From Antedon mediterranea (Eukaryota; Animalia; Echinodermata), in NCBI RefSeq assembly GCF_964355755.1, contig NC_092677.1, positions 12,174,101 to 12,238,100 on the forward strand: 64,000 nucleotides of DNA, in the 5' to 3' direction. Within the stretch, counting starts at the first letter, position 1. Each line of letters begins with the position of its first letter. Both the position numbers and the translations under genes were made by a program. This document shows positions 15,001 to 25,578 of the stretch, piece after piece. The notes beneath the pieces are model-generated. The model saw only the letters and a list, made by a program, of their open reading frames with translations, had not been told where the DNA came from and made no database searches.

Positions 15001-17329
15001 CATCAAAAAACCTCTATATTAAATCTAATTCAGTTTTAAAATTACAAATCACAAATTATAACTCTTGCCTCTTGTACAAAAATGAAGTTTTTTGGACAAG
15101 TAGTTCCCGAGAAAATGCAATTTAAGTTTACATGTTAATTTAAAACTGCTCACCGGCTTTTGATAATTCTGTCCTATCTTTTAACACTAGCAGGTCTGAA
15201 AATAATTGTTAAAAGTGGCCCAGAATTGGAACCGTGGTCCAGATTTTAACCAAAATTGGGCAGTGTCGTCCTTGCACCAGGTGACATGTATGGTAGTAAT
15301 TTGGAGTCATTCGAATCAAAACTGTGAGCGCTAGAGTGATGACAAACAAACAAACAAACTAGCCTTCGCGCATAGCGCGATACTTGGCCAAATCAAAATT
15401 GGCCTCCTGACCATGACACGATTTTTGCCGAAAGTGTGTGTCTTATGCTGTGTGATTTAGGCTAATTTCACTACAATCATATGTGTATACAAGTTTGGTG
15501 TACAGATTATGTAACCAGCCTTTCAACGAACAATAGCTTCTGTCGACTAACAATAGAACAGCAACGCGAAAAACACACTGGTGAATTTGAAGATAAATAG
15601 GTTTTGTAAACTACTCGCATCAAAAAACCTGTATATTAAATCTAATTATGTTTTAAAATTACAAATCACCAATTATAACTCTTGCCTCTTGTACAAAAAT
15701 GAAGTTTTTTGGAGAAGTAGTTCTCGAGAAAATGCAATTTTAGTTTACTTGTTAATTTAAGACTGCTCACCGGCTTTTTATAATTCTGTCCTATCTTTTA
15801 ACACTAGCAGGTCTGAAAGTAATTTTTAAAAGTGGTCCAGAATTGGGACCGTGGTCCAGATTTTAACCAAAATTGGGCAGTGTCGTCCTTGCACCAGGTG
15901 ACATGTATGGTAGTAATTTGCAGTCATTCGAACCAAAACTGTGAGCGCTAGAGTGATGACAAACAAACAAACAAACAAACATACAAACAAACAAACAAAC
16001 AAACAAACTAGCCTTCGCGCATAGCGCGATACTTGGCCAAATCAAAATTGGCCTCCTGACATTGACCCAATTTTCACCAAAAGTGTGTGTCTTATGCTGT
16101 GTGATTTAGGCTAATTTCACTACAATCATGTGTATACGAGTTTGGTGTACAGGTTATGTAACCAGCCTTTGAACGAACAATAGCTTCAGTCTGCTAACAA
16201 TAGAACAGCAACGCGAAAAACACACGGGTGAATTTGAAAAGAAATAGGTTTTGTAAACTACTCGCATCAAAAAATCTCTTTATTAAATCTAATTCAGTTT
16301 TAAAATTACAAATCACAAATTATAACTCTTGCCTCTTGTACAAAAATGAAGTTTTTTGGAGAAATAGTTCTCGAGAAAATGCAATTTAAGTTTACTTGTT
16401 AATTTAAGACTGCTCACCGGCTTTTGATAATTCTGTCCTATCTTTTAACACTAGCAGGTCTGAAAATAATTTTTAAAAGTGGTCCAGAATTGGGACCGTG
16501 GTCCGGATTATAACCAAAATTGGGCAGTGTCGTCCTTGCACCAGGTGACATGTATGGTAGTAATTTGGTGTCATTCGAATCAAAATTGTGAGCGCTAGAG
16601 TGATGACAAACAAACAAACACACACACACACACACAAACCGCACCAATCAACATACTTGGCCAATTTTCAATTTGGCCAAGTAACAAACAAACTAGCCTT
16701 CGCGCATAGCGCGATACTTGGCCAAATCAAAATTGGCCTCCTGACATTGACCCAATTTTCACCAAAAGTGTGTGTCTTATGCTGTGTGATTTAGGCTAAT
16801 TTCACTACAATCATGTGTATATACGTGTTTGGTGTAAAGGTTATGTAACCAGCCTTTCAACGAACAATAGCTTCAGTCGGCTAACAATAGAACACCAACG
16901 CTAAAAACACACGGGTGAATTTGAAAAGAAATAGGTTTTGTAAACTACTCGCATCAAAAAATCTCTATATTAAATCTAATTTAGTATTAAAATTACAAAT
17001 CACCAATTATAACTCTTGCCTCTTGTACAAAAATGAAGTTTTTTGGACAAGTAGTTCTCGAGAAAATGCAATTTTAGTTTACTTGTTAATTTAAGACTGC
17101 TCACCGGCCTTTGATAATTCTGTCCAATCTTTTAACACTAGCAGGTCTGAAAGTAATTTTTAAAAGTGGTCCAGAATTGGGACCGTGGTCCGGACTTTAA
17201 CCAAAATTGGGCAGTGTCGTCCTTGCACCAGGTGACATGTATGGTAGTAATTTGGAGTCATTCGCATCAAAACTGTGAGCGCTAGAGTGATGACAAACAA
17301 ACAAACAAACAAACAAACAAACAAACAAA
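1..17329 (-). repeat. Tandem/nested array of non-autonomous Helentron (HINE-like, family B) units, ~620-bp and ~830-bp types; continues past the left edge
   Basis: Anchor gttaatttaagactgctcacc recurs about every 0.62-1.0 kb (~626, 1456, 2287, 2930, 3562 ... 16398, 17085). On the minus strand each unit ends TTGGCCAAGTA + hairpin TCGCGC-TAT-GCGCGA + AGGCTAG|TT. Many begin with the palindromic cap TACTTGGCCAAATTGAAAATTGGCCAAGTA followed by (GT)n/(GTTT)n. This is the subterminal IR, microsatellite and 3' stem-loop layout of DINE-1/HINE elements. Confidence 0.9.
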
Positions 17330-17894
17330 CTAGCCTTCGCGCATAGCGCGATACTTGGCCAAATCAAAATTGGCCTCCTGACACCAAAAGTGTGTGTCTT
17401 ATGCTGTGTGATTTAGGCTAATTTCACTACAATAATGTGTATACGAGTTTGGTGTAAAGGTTATGTAACCAGTCTTTCAACTAACAATGGCTTCAGTCGA
17501 CTAACAATAGAATAGCAACGCGAAAAACACACGGGTGAATTTGAAAAGAATTAGGTTTTTTTAAACTATTCGCATCAAAAAACCTGTATATTAAATCAAC
17601 TTATGTTTTAAAATTACAAATCACAAATTATAACTCTTGCCTCTTGTACAAAAATGAAGTTTTTTAGAGAAGTAGTTGCAATTTTAGTTTGCTTGATAAT
17701 TTCTCTAAACAAGTCAAGACATTTTAAGGCAGTTTGCATGTTTATCAAATGCCTCACAATAGTCATAATGTTATTTTGTTAGCAATGATTGTGAGCAAGT
17801 TCAAATTGAACAGAGAAATACAAACTTCTTTGAAATCCTTTATATTTTAATAAAGCATCACTAGTACATATTTTAGTATGTAATATTTTAATAG

Positions 17895-18455
17895 TTATTT
17901 ATTTTTGAAAACTATTTCGGTTGTGGCTATGGCACTTGATTGGCTTGGTTCCGTGCTTGCGGCTATGCCACTTGGTTGGTCGAGTTCCGGACTTGCAAGT
18001 GCTGTTGCCTGTAATAAAGCCAAATCATCTATGTCATCCTCAGGAAAATCATCAATGTTAATGGATTGTTGTGATTCAGAGTCTAGAGCGGGAGGGGTTA
18101 ATATTGCGGATGAAGTGGATGGGCTAGTAAACGGGTTGGTTGGCATATTCTCAGTCTTAATATACTTGGTGGGTGTAGTATTTATAGATGAGGTTTCAGA
18201 TACTGTCCTCTTTTTAGAATTTTTGTAGTCATCCGCGAGTTGTTTTTTCAAAGTGTCCGTTAAATTTATAATTTTCGACAGTTCGTTGTCGACAGTTTGT
18301 CTAAAGCTGTCTAGAGATTTGTAGCTGTGCTTGTTTGTGCCGGTACTTGTGACTTGCATATATGCCAGTTCTCTTCCGGTCATATGTCGAAGTTGCTGCA
18401 GTTTTGTAACGATGAGTGTGGCCTGACAGTGGGCAGGCTTTTTATTTGATGACAT
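17895..18455 (-). CDS. 186-aa accessory protein inside the Helentron; function unknown
   Basis: Uninterrupted ORF, more GC-rich than its flanks. ATG directly follows an acceptor (ttttcag|ATG). The stop overlaps AATAAA. Helical N-half, S/T/P-rich acidic C-half. Confidence 0.65.
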   Translation of the reverse strand: MSSNKKPAHCQATLIVTKLQQLRHMTGRELAYMQVTSTGTNKHSYKSLDSFRQTVDNELSKIINLTDTLKKQLADDYKNSKKRTVSETSSINTTPTKYIKTENMPTNPFTSPSTSSAILTPPALDSESQQSINIDDFPEDDIDDLALLQATALASPELDQPSGIAASTEPSQSSAIATTEIVFKNK

Positions 18456-18779
18456 CTGAAAAATTATATGTATATTATATGAATAAACACGGTGGAGTCA
18501 AATCTTAATTGCCGAGTTTCCAGTTAAGCTAAAGACAAATAATTCACATTGCATTTGCATTTATCAGATAATGTGATCACGTGCAGCGCGAAACTATTTT
18601 ATTTATATTTTTTTTAATATAATTATTATATTATTAGACAAATGTTTGGTAGAAATTAAAGAAATTGTACAGGAGACTTAATTGTAATCAACCAAAGTGT
18701 ATGCAGCAACCAAGAATAATTGTGAGTCCATTAAAGTGTGTTCACGCGTGCAGCTTAATTATGTTTAAAATTTACCTAC

Positions 18780-19400
18780 CTCAAAATACTGTCTAAATAT
18801 TCAAAGCAGTTTTGCAAAACAAATGGAGTATTTGTAGATCTGTTTAAAAAAAAGACAAAAATGTCAATAAATAATAATTACAACCGATTTATTTGTGAAC
18901 GTCTATTTAGACCAATTAATTTTACACCGGTGTATCATGGTTAAAAGTTGCACAAAGCTATACCTAATTGTATTCATAAAACTGTATAGCCAAAAAATAC
19001 AAAATTATGTCTTACACTAAAAAAATCAGGTTGATCAGCAATTGAAATTGCCATTGATCTTTGTTTTATCACAATATAACACGACTCAGGCTGTAGGTGT
19101 GTTCGTGTGTATGTAGTCTATTAATGCCTAGATGCAGTTCAGCTAAATTTTAACAATCACTATATAACCCGACTCAGGCTGTAGGTGTATGTGTGTCTAT
19201 TAATGCCTAGGTGCAATTCAGCTCCAATTAACAATGAATTTTGTGTGTTACCTGAGGCGTAATTTAGTATAATTATATTGCAACTTTAACTTACTGTCGT
19301 TATTTATTTATAATATAAACGGGTGACTTACCAACAATTTTCCATGTGACGGTGAAATAATGAATAGCGTTTAAAAATCGCGCCCAGTATATATATGGTG
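18780..19400 (-). promoter_or_regulatory. Putative TATA + Inr promoter and two non-coding exons (19361-19332; 18839-18780) for the accessory gene
   Basis: Minus strand: TATATATA at ~19396-19388, TTCATT (Inr-like) ~30 nt downstream at 19364-19359, donor G|GTAAGT at 19331. Acceptor ttttttaaacag at 18840 and donor GAG|GTAGGT at 18779. Confidence 0.5.
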
Positions 19401-19529
19401 TCAATCAGATCATGTGACCACGGGCAGTGCAAAATATTTGCAGCCGGACAGGTGTGCATTAAGCGAGTGACTGCGAGCGGTTATTGTAAATGAAATTGGT
19501 ATGAAAAACTGAAATTGAAATTAATTGAT

Positions 19530-21320
19530 TAGGATCCGTATATGTCATAAACCTCCCTTGTTACATAAAAATATGGACATAATTTTTCTATTTTTTATTA
19601 TAAATCAGGCGTAATTTATACACTAGGCTACACAACAAATAAATTGAACAAACGATACGGATATAAAAAAAAAAAATTATTTCGTTTTTGTTTCCCAAGG
19701 TGAGACTCGATCTTGGTACCACGAGTGGTATAGACGCGATCACATACCACTGAGCCATACGCACTTGAATCAAATTTGACGTAAAGATCTTCCGTGTATT
19801 TACTATGCAGTAACCACTTTGGTGCAATTATATTATTACATACCGCAATTAATCATAATTATTTGCTATGATGACATCTTAGATGATGCACTGTCAAAGT
19901 ATATACTTTTAACTTTAATATATGAATATTTTAAAGAAGAATATTGATATTTAGTTTGTAATTTTTGCCTCTTGTATAAAAATGAAGTTTTTAAGATAAG
20001 TAGTTCTGAAGGAAAATGCCTCCTATTGTTCAGCGCGGTTCAGCTGTTATGACCATGCAAATTTGGTTTCCGGGTAACAATTTTCTTTTCTAAATATATA
20101 TATATTAGGGTTCACCGAGCATTTTGACGATCTATATTAATGTGAAAAATACGCATAATTTCATCATTGTTTAGCCTACGCGTGCGTAGCCAGTCACTTT
20201 TGACGTGCTCGTATAACGCAATTTTGAGTTGAAAATGAATAAAATGTAATGGAATTGTTGTAGAAAGGTTGTAAAATAGAAATCGTGCAGAAATGGTACG
20301 CATTAACGTTTTATGTGTAGTGCGCACGCAAAAATATGCGAACTCATGGCAAATTTTTAAACGCTTAGAATTTCTTGAAACGTACTTTAATTTCCTAAAA
20401 AATGAATTTTATAAATTTTTTAAATGTTAAGCGCACGTACGCGTACGTTATATGCGCTACGCACGTAATTATATTGCCATACGATACACAACTGACTAAA
20501 TTTTAAAGATTTCCCCGTGTATGTACTATGCAGTAACCACTTTGTTGCAGATTGATTATAATATACCGCAATGAATCATAAATAGATTTTTTCTTTAAAT
20601 AGGCCTATTTGTAATAATGTTGGTAGGATTTTGGTAGCGCGACTGAAATAGCCGGTATCGTCACTGCACATCGAGCCACTTGCATAAAAACAACCCGATC
20701 AAAGATCCGTACATGATATAAACCTCCCTTGTTACATAAAAATATGGACATATTTTTTCTATATTTCATTATTCATTCGTAGCAATTTTTAAACATTTAA
20801 AATTACCTGAAACGTACTCTAATTTCATAAAAAATGAATGTTGACAATTTAAAAAATGTTAAGCGCAGGTTGACGTATATGCGCTACGCACGTCATTATA
20901 TTGCCATATGATAAAATATGACCTGACATTTATGAGTACCAAATTTTGTTTAATTATGATAAACAACCCGATCAAAGATCCGTATACGTTATAAACTTTT
21001 CTTTTTATATAATAATAAATACATAATTTTTATATGTTTCATTATAAATCAGGCGTATAATTTTTACACTACACAAGAAATAAAATTGAACAAACAATAC
21101 GGATATAAAAAAATCTTATTTCGTTTTGTTTCCAAGGTGAGACTCGAACACGGTACCCCGAGTGGTATAGACGCGATCACAGACCATTGAGCCATACGCA
21201 CTTGGTTGAAAAAATCATCTGTGTATTTACTATGCAGTAACCACTTTGGTGCAATTTTATTACATACGGTTCAGCTGTTATGACCATATGCAAATTTGGT
21301 TTCCGGGTGAAATTTTCTTC
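19530..21320. repeat. Diverged internal repeats between the two divergent Helentron genes, homologous to the long-type array unit
   Basis: atatgtcataaacctcccttgt / cccaaggtgagactcg blocks at ~19535-19850, 20690-20770 and 20960-21260. Duplicates also at 20350-20490 vs 20790-20910 and 20037-20075 vs 21267-21308. Confidence 0.75.
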
Positions 21321-21462
21321 AGTTTAACAGTTATCGTTTGTATAGTATATACTCTAACTGAACCTACATACAGATAGTAAATTATTCACTTAATAGTCAT
21401 ATACATATACAGGTATGTTTTGTAATTTTATCCTGTAATATACAATTAACCACATTTTCATA

Positions 21463-24400
21463 ATGGCTCGTGCAAAAAGTGCTGCACAAAGACGAAAAGA
21501 GCAGAAAATGAAACAACGAGAGGTCCGTGCCTGTCAATCTCAAGAGAAGTTAGAAGAAACTCGCAAAAAATGTAGGGAAAGAATGGCTCTAAAACGAAAG
21601 GCTGAAACACAGGAAGAAAGAAATTTGAGGATCAAAAAGGTGAAATTAACTATGGAAACAAATAGGGCAAAAGAGACTGAGGAAAAAACTAAGAAAAGGC
21701 TTGATGGAGAAAAACATGCAGTGGCCGAAAGACGTAAACAAGAGACTGGGAACCAGACTAAGGAAAGACTTAAGAGAGAAAAACGTTCAGTGTCTGAAAG
21801 ACGTAAACAAGAGACTGGGAACCAGACTAAGGAAAGACTTAAGAGAGAAACACGTGCAGTGTCTGAAAGACGTAAACAAGAGACTGGGAACCAGACTAAA
21901 GAAAGGGTTGAGAGAGAAAAATGTGCAGTGTCTGAAAGACGTAAACAAGAGACTAGTCAGCAGACTACGGAACGACTTCAGAGAAAACAACTCAGAGAAT
22001 CTGAAAGACGGAAAAAGGAGACTGGTGTACAGAAAACACTGAGGCTTCGGGAAAAAAGGACTACCGAGTCACTAAGACGTGAAAACGAGTGCTCGGACAA
22101 ACGGTCGAAAAGACTGGAAAATAGCCGATTAACAATGCAAAATATAAAACAACTAAGACGTACAAAAATACCTAGTAACGATGATATTGTGTCCGATTTT
22201 TTTAAAAATGTTAAGGATTCGGCAGATTATGTGTGCTGCTCTTGTCACCGGATGATGTTCAGAATAACAGTTGTTGAATTACATGGCGATCGCTACCCAA
22301 AAGCTAAACCATCAATGCTGGAAAATGTACTTTCATACAGAATCACATCGGCTCGTGGGAAACAATGGATTTGCAGAACTTGTCATTTAACACTCAAACG
22401 AGGAAAAATGCCCACGCAAGCAAAAGCTAATAATTTGTCTTTGACTGACCAACCACGAGCGCTAAAAAATTTGAATGCTCTTGAACTGAGATTGATATGT
22501 CAACGAGTTCCTTTCATGAAGATGGTTGGGTTGCCTCGTGGAAAACAACATGGTATCCATGGTCCCGCAGTCAATGTACCAGCAAAACTTGATACAGTAT
22601 GTTCTTTATTTCCACGATTACCATCGGAGACACAACTAATTCCAATGAAGTTTAAAAGAAGTTTAAAACATTCCTCGCATTATATCTATGACTATGTTGA
22701 TATCGGAAGAGTATTAACAGCTTTGAGATACTTGAAAAGAAACAATGTGTGGTACCACGAGATCGATATCAGAGACAATTGGGTTTTGGATGCTGAAAAC
22801 GATGACAAAGAGCTCTTTCAAGCTTTAGTATGTACCGGTTCAGATAAAAATTCAGATGAGAATCTAAAAACACCCGATGAAAACAGTGACTCGGAAAATG
22901 ACGGTCAAAGTGATGGTGAGAAATTTGACCAAGCTTGCACATGCACTGAGGTTGCTGAAACGAGAGGAGGCACATACCAAATTTGTAACGTTGACGAAAA
23001 TAGCGATTTGGGGAAATTGAACACAATGGCAAAGGAAAATAACATGAACATTGTCGATGTTCCTGGAGATGGGGATTGTATGTTCTACTGCGTGTGTTAT
23101 CAGCTTGAAAGATTAGAGATCACGAAGCTGAATGTCAAGGAGTTACGGAGTTGTCTATCAAAATATATGGTTGACAATGCAGATTGCTATCGAGACTTTG
23201 TTTGTGCTAGCGTAGAATCCAATGGTCTGTCCAATGCAGATACCGAGCAACCAACTGGCGACGATCGTGCAATTTCCTTGATAAGCGATGTCGAAACAAG
23301 AAAAGAAATACAATGGATAAAATACTTGGACCGTTTAGAATCTGGAACTCAGTGGGGAGAACATATTTCACTACAAGCTATTGCAGACATGTTGTCTTTG
23401 TGCGTGTTTGTTCATACAACAACAAATATGTTAAAGCATTCTGTTCGCTCAAGATCGGAGTTGAAACATAGTTTTCATGTTGGGTTGATTGGACAGTCTC
23501 ATTACGTTGTGTTTGAGCCTTATGCTGAAGAAAATAATGACAACGATGTGGTGCTGCCTGAATCTGTGTGGCAAAATTATGATGACGATGTTGATCAATT
23601 ATTGGCAGTACATGAGATAAATGAAGAGGGTAATAATTACAGTGATGAAAATGATGCTGAAGATGCTGATGCTTTTGAAGCGGCTTCAAAGATTCGTGGC
23701 TTGCCCTATGAAACTAGCATGGTCAAAGAAAACGCTGATCTTAAAAATAACTTGATAAGCGTCGCTCCAGCCGAATCGGAAAAACCGCAGCCGATACTCT
23801 GTGATCCTAATTTTGAAGAGCTATCGAATCCTGATAAATATCCTGATGGCAAGAATGCTCTAACAGCTGAAAGACCAATTGAAATAGCTCCACGGAAATA
23901 CTTCAATCAAAGACTTCTTGATGTGGATGGACGTTTTGCGAAATCTATTGAATATCTTCTGAGCGCACAATATGCTGTGGAAAACAAACAAGTTCAGGGT
24001 GACATAAACCACTTTATATTTCGCAGAACGGCCGGAAAACATTGTCATGGTACACGTCTAAATGTTGGCCTTACTAAGAATGTTGAGAAGATGAATGAAC
24101 TGATAAAGGGCGACCATGCATACAAGATTCTAAAAAATATACGAGGTACACCTGCCTATTTTCAGACTGTATTCTATGATGTGTTAGCAATGGTGAGGCA
24201 ACATGGAATTCCAACATGGTTCTTCACTGTATCTGCTGCGGATATGCAATGGGCAGATGTGATCCAAACTATAGCTAGACAATATGGGACAACACTTTCT
24301 GATGATGATGTTCGGAATTTGTCTTTTGCAGACCGTACCATGTGGCTTAGATCAAACCCAGTAACCGCTGCACGACAGTTTCAGTACCGATTGGAGTTGT

Positions 24401-25578
24401 TGTTTAAAGATGTTCTGAAATCCAAGGCGCATCCCCTGGGTGAGATTACGGACTACGTTATTCGTATTGAATTTCAGGCTCGAGGGTCTCCGCATGCGCA
24501 TACATTACTTTGGGTAAAAAATGCACCTAAACTTGGCTTGAACTCAGATGAGGAAATATGTCAGTTTATTGATAAACATGTCACTTGTGATGCTTCTGAT
24601 GAAGACAATTCATTTACAAATCTGGTGCAACGGGTGCAAACACATACACATTCTTCTTACTGTCGGAAAAAGGGTTCGTGTTGTTTTAACTTCCCACAAG
24701 CTCCTAGTTTGGAGACAGTTGTGGCAAGAGAACCAGTTGATGACGAAAATGTGGCTGAAATACAGTATGAATCAAAGAAAGTACTCAAGTCTGTCCACGA
24801 TGTATTAACTGATACGGAAACGCCAAATGACATCAGTATGGGAGAGCTTCTTTTTAAAGCAGACGTGGAAGAATTTGAGTACATGAACTCGCTGAAGGTT
24901 TCACAAAAGGGCAACCACATTGTTTTGAAAAGAGTTCCACGTGAAGTATTTGTCAATGCCTACAATCCTACCATATTGAAAGCATGGCAAGCTAACATGG
25001 ACATACAATTCATAGTTGACGCATATGCATGTGTTATGTATGTTGCTGCTTACATGACAAAGGGTGAGAAAGGTATAGGTGAGCTGATAAAACAAGCATG
25101 CAGAGAATACAAAGACAAAGATATTAAAGGCATGCTGAGACGTGTTGGATCTGTGTTCTTGAATCATCGCGAAGTCAGTGCTCAAGAAGCTGTGTACAGA
25201 ATCTTATCGATGCCCCTTAAGAAATTCAGCAGAAAGGTACTTTTCGTGAATACCGATGACAAGTCCGAACGTGCCAGTGTACTTAAACCCATGAAAGAAC
25301 TTGAAGGCAAAAATGACACAGATGTGGACATCTTTCAAAAGAATATCATCGATAGATATGTTTCCCGACCAGATACTTTAAGCGATCTTTGTCTAGCAGA
25401 ATTTGCGGCAAATTACTCAGTGACCTCTGTTGAAAAAGAAGAAGCGGATGACAGTGTTCCATTTGTGCTTGATAACAACGAAGGTATAGTGCAGAACACA
25501 AGCAGAGATAGGTTGCCCAAACGCATTAAATTGAAAGATGGCAATGGTATGATGTTTAGGCGAAAATTGAAGCTGTGA
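21463..25578 (+). CDS. Helentron RepHel protein, N-terminal part: 23-aa STPR-like repeats, CxxC/CxxC Zn finger, DUF6570-like region, OTU cysteine protease, HUH Rep (Y2)
   Basis: 1371-aa ORF. ETGNQTKERLKREKRSVSERRKQ repeats; CCSCH...CRTCH; VPGDGDCMFY...WGEH...SHYV (OTU); WFFTVSAAD, RIEFQARGSPHAHTLLW (HUH) and YVAAYMTK (two catalytic Tyr); REVSAQEAVYR. Confidence 0.93.
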   Translation: MARAKSAAQRRKEQKMKQREVRACQSQEKLEETRKKCRERMALKRKAETQEERNLRIKKVKLTMETNRAKETEEKTKKRLDGEKHAVAERRKQETGNQTKERLKREKRSVSERRKQETGNQTKERLKRETRAVSERRKQETGNQTKERVEREKCAVSERRKQETSQQTTERLQRKQLRESERRKKETGVQKTLRLREKRTTESLRRENECSDKRSKRLENSRLTMQNIKQLRRTKIPSNDDIVSDFFKNVKDSADYVCCSCHRMMFRITVVELHGDRYPKAKPSMLENVLSYRITSARGKQWICRTCHLTLKRGKMPTQAKANNLSLTDQPRALKNLNALELRLICQRVPFMKMVGLPRGKQHGIHGPAVNVPAKLDTVCSLFPRLPSETQLIPMKFKRSLKHSSHYIYDYVDIGRVLTALRYLKRNNVWYHEIDIRDNWVLDAENDDKELFQALVCTGSDKNSDENLKTPDENSDSENDGQSDGEKFDQACTCTEVAETRGGTYQICNVDENSDLGKLNTMAKENNMNIVDVPGDGDCMFYCVCYQLERLEITKLNVKELRSCLSKYMVDNADCYRDFVCASVESNGLSNADTEQPTGDDRAISLISDVETRKEIQWIKYLDRLESGTQWGEHISLQAIADMLSLCVFVHTTTNMLKHSVRSRSELKHSFHVGLIGQSHYVVFEPYAEENNDNDVVLPESVWQNYDDDVDQLLAVHEINEEGNNYSDENDAEDADAFEAASKIRGLPYETSMVKENADLKNNLISVAPAESEKPQPILCDPNFEELSNPDKYPDGKNALTAERPIEIAPRKYFNQRLLDVDGRFAKSIEYLLSAQYAVENKQVQGDINHFIFRRTAGKHCHGTRLNVGLTKNVEKMNELIKGDHAYKILKNIRGTPAYFQTVFYDVLAMVRQHGIPTWFFTVSAADMQWADVIQTIARQYGTTLSDDDVRNLSFADRTMWLRSNPVTAARQFQYRLELLFKDVLKSKAHPLGEITDYVIRIEFQARGSPHAHTLLWVKNAPKLGLNSDEEICQFIDKHVTCDASDEDNSFTNLVQRVQTHTHSSYCRKKGSCCFNFPQAPSLETVVAREPVDDENVAEIQYESKKVLKSVHDVLTDTETPNDISMGELLFKADVEEFEYMNSLKVSQKGNHIVLKRVPREVFVNAYNPTILKAWQANMDIQFIVDAYACVMYVAAYMTKGEKGIGELIKQACREYKDKDIKGMLRRVGSVFLNHREVSAQEAVYRILSMPLKKFSRKVLFVNTDDKSERASVLKPMKELEGKNDTDVDIFQKNIIDRYVSRPDTLSDLCLAEFAANYSVTSVEKEEADDSVPFVLDNNEGIVQNTSRDRLPKRIKLKDGNGMMFRRKLKL
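21718..22000 (+). repeat. 69-bp coding tandem repeat (23-aa STPR-like unit), ~4 well-conserved copies
   Basis: agacgtaaacaagagact starts at 21730, 21799, 21868 and 21937. Confidence 0.9.

Noticed and set aside
61-16794. Dozens of 60-120 aa ORFs in the array (e.g. CLFVCLFV, TNKQTNKQ)
   Set aside because: These are translations of microsatellite and repeat core; their frames change with repeat length.
17905-18228. 107-aa hydrophobic plus-strand ORF
   Set aside because: Antisense shadow of the 186-aa ORF, with no ATG start or splice support.
25560-25578. Programmed -1 ribosomal frameshift between the Rep and helicase ORFs
   Set aside because: No X XXY YYZ slippery heptamer, and RepHel is normally one ORF. 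A 1-bp deletion or read error is simpler.
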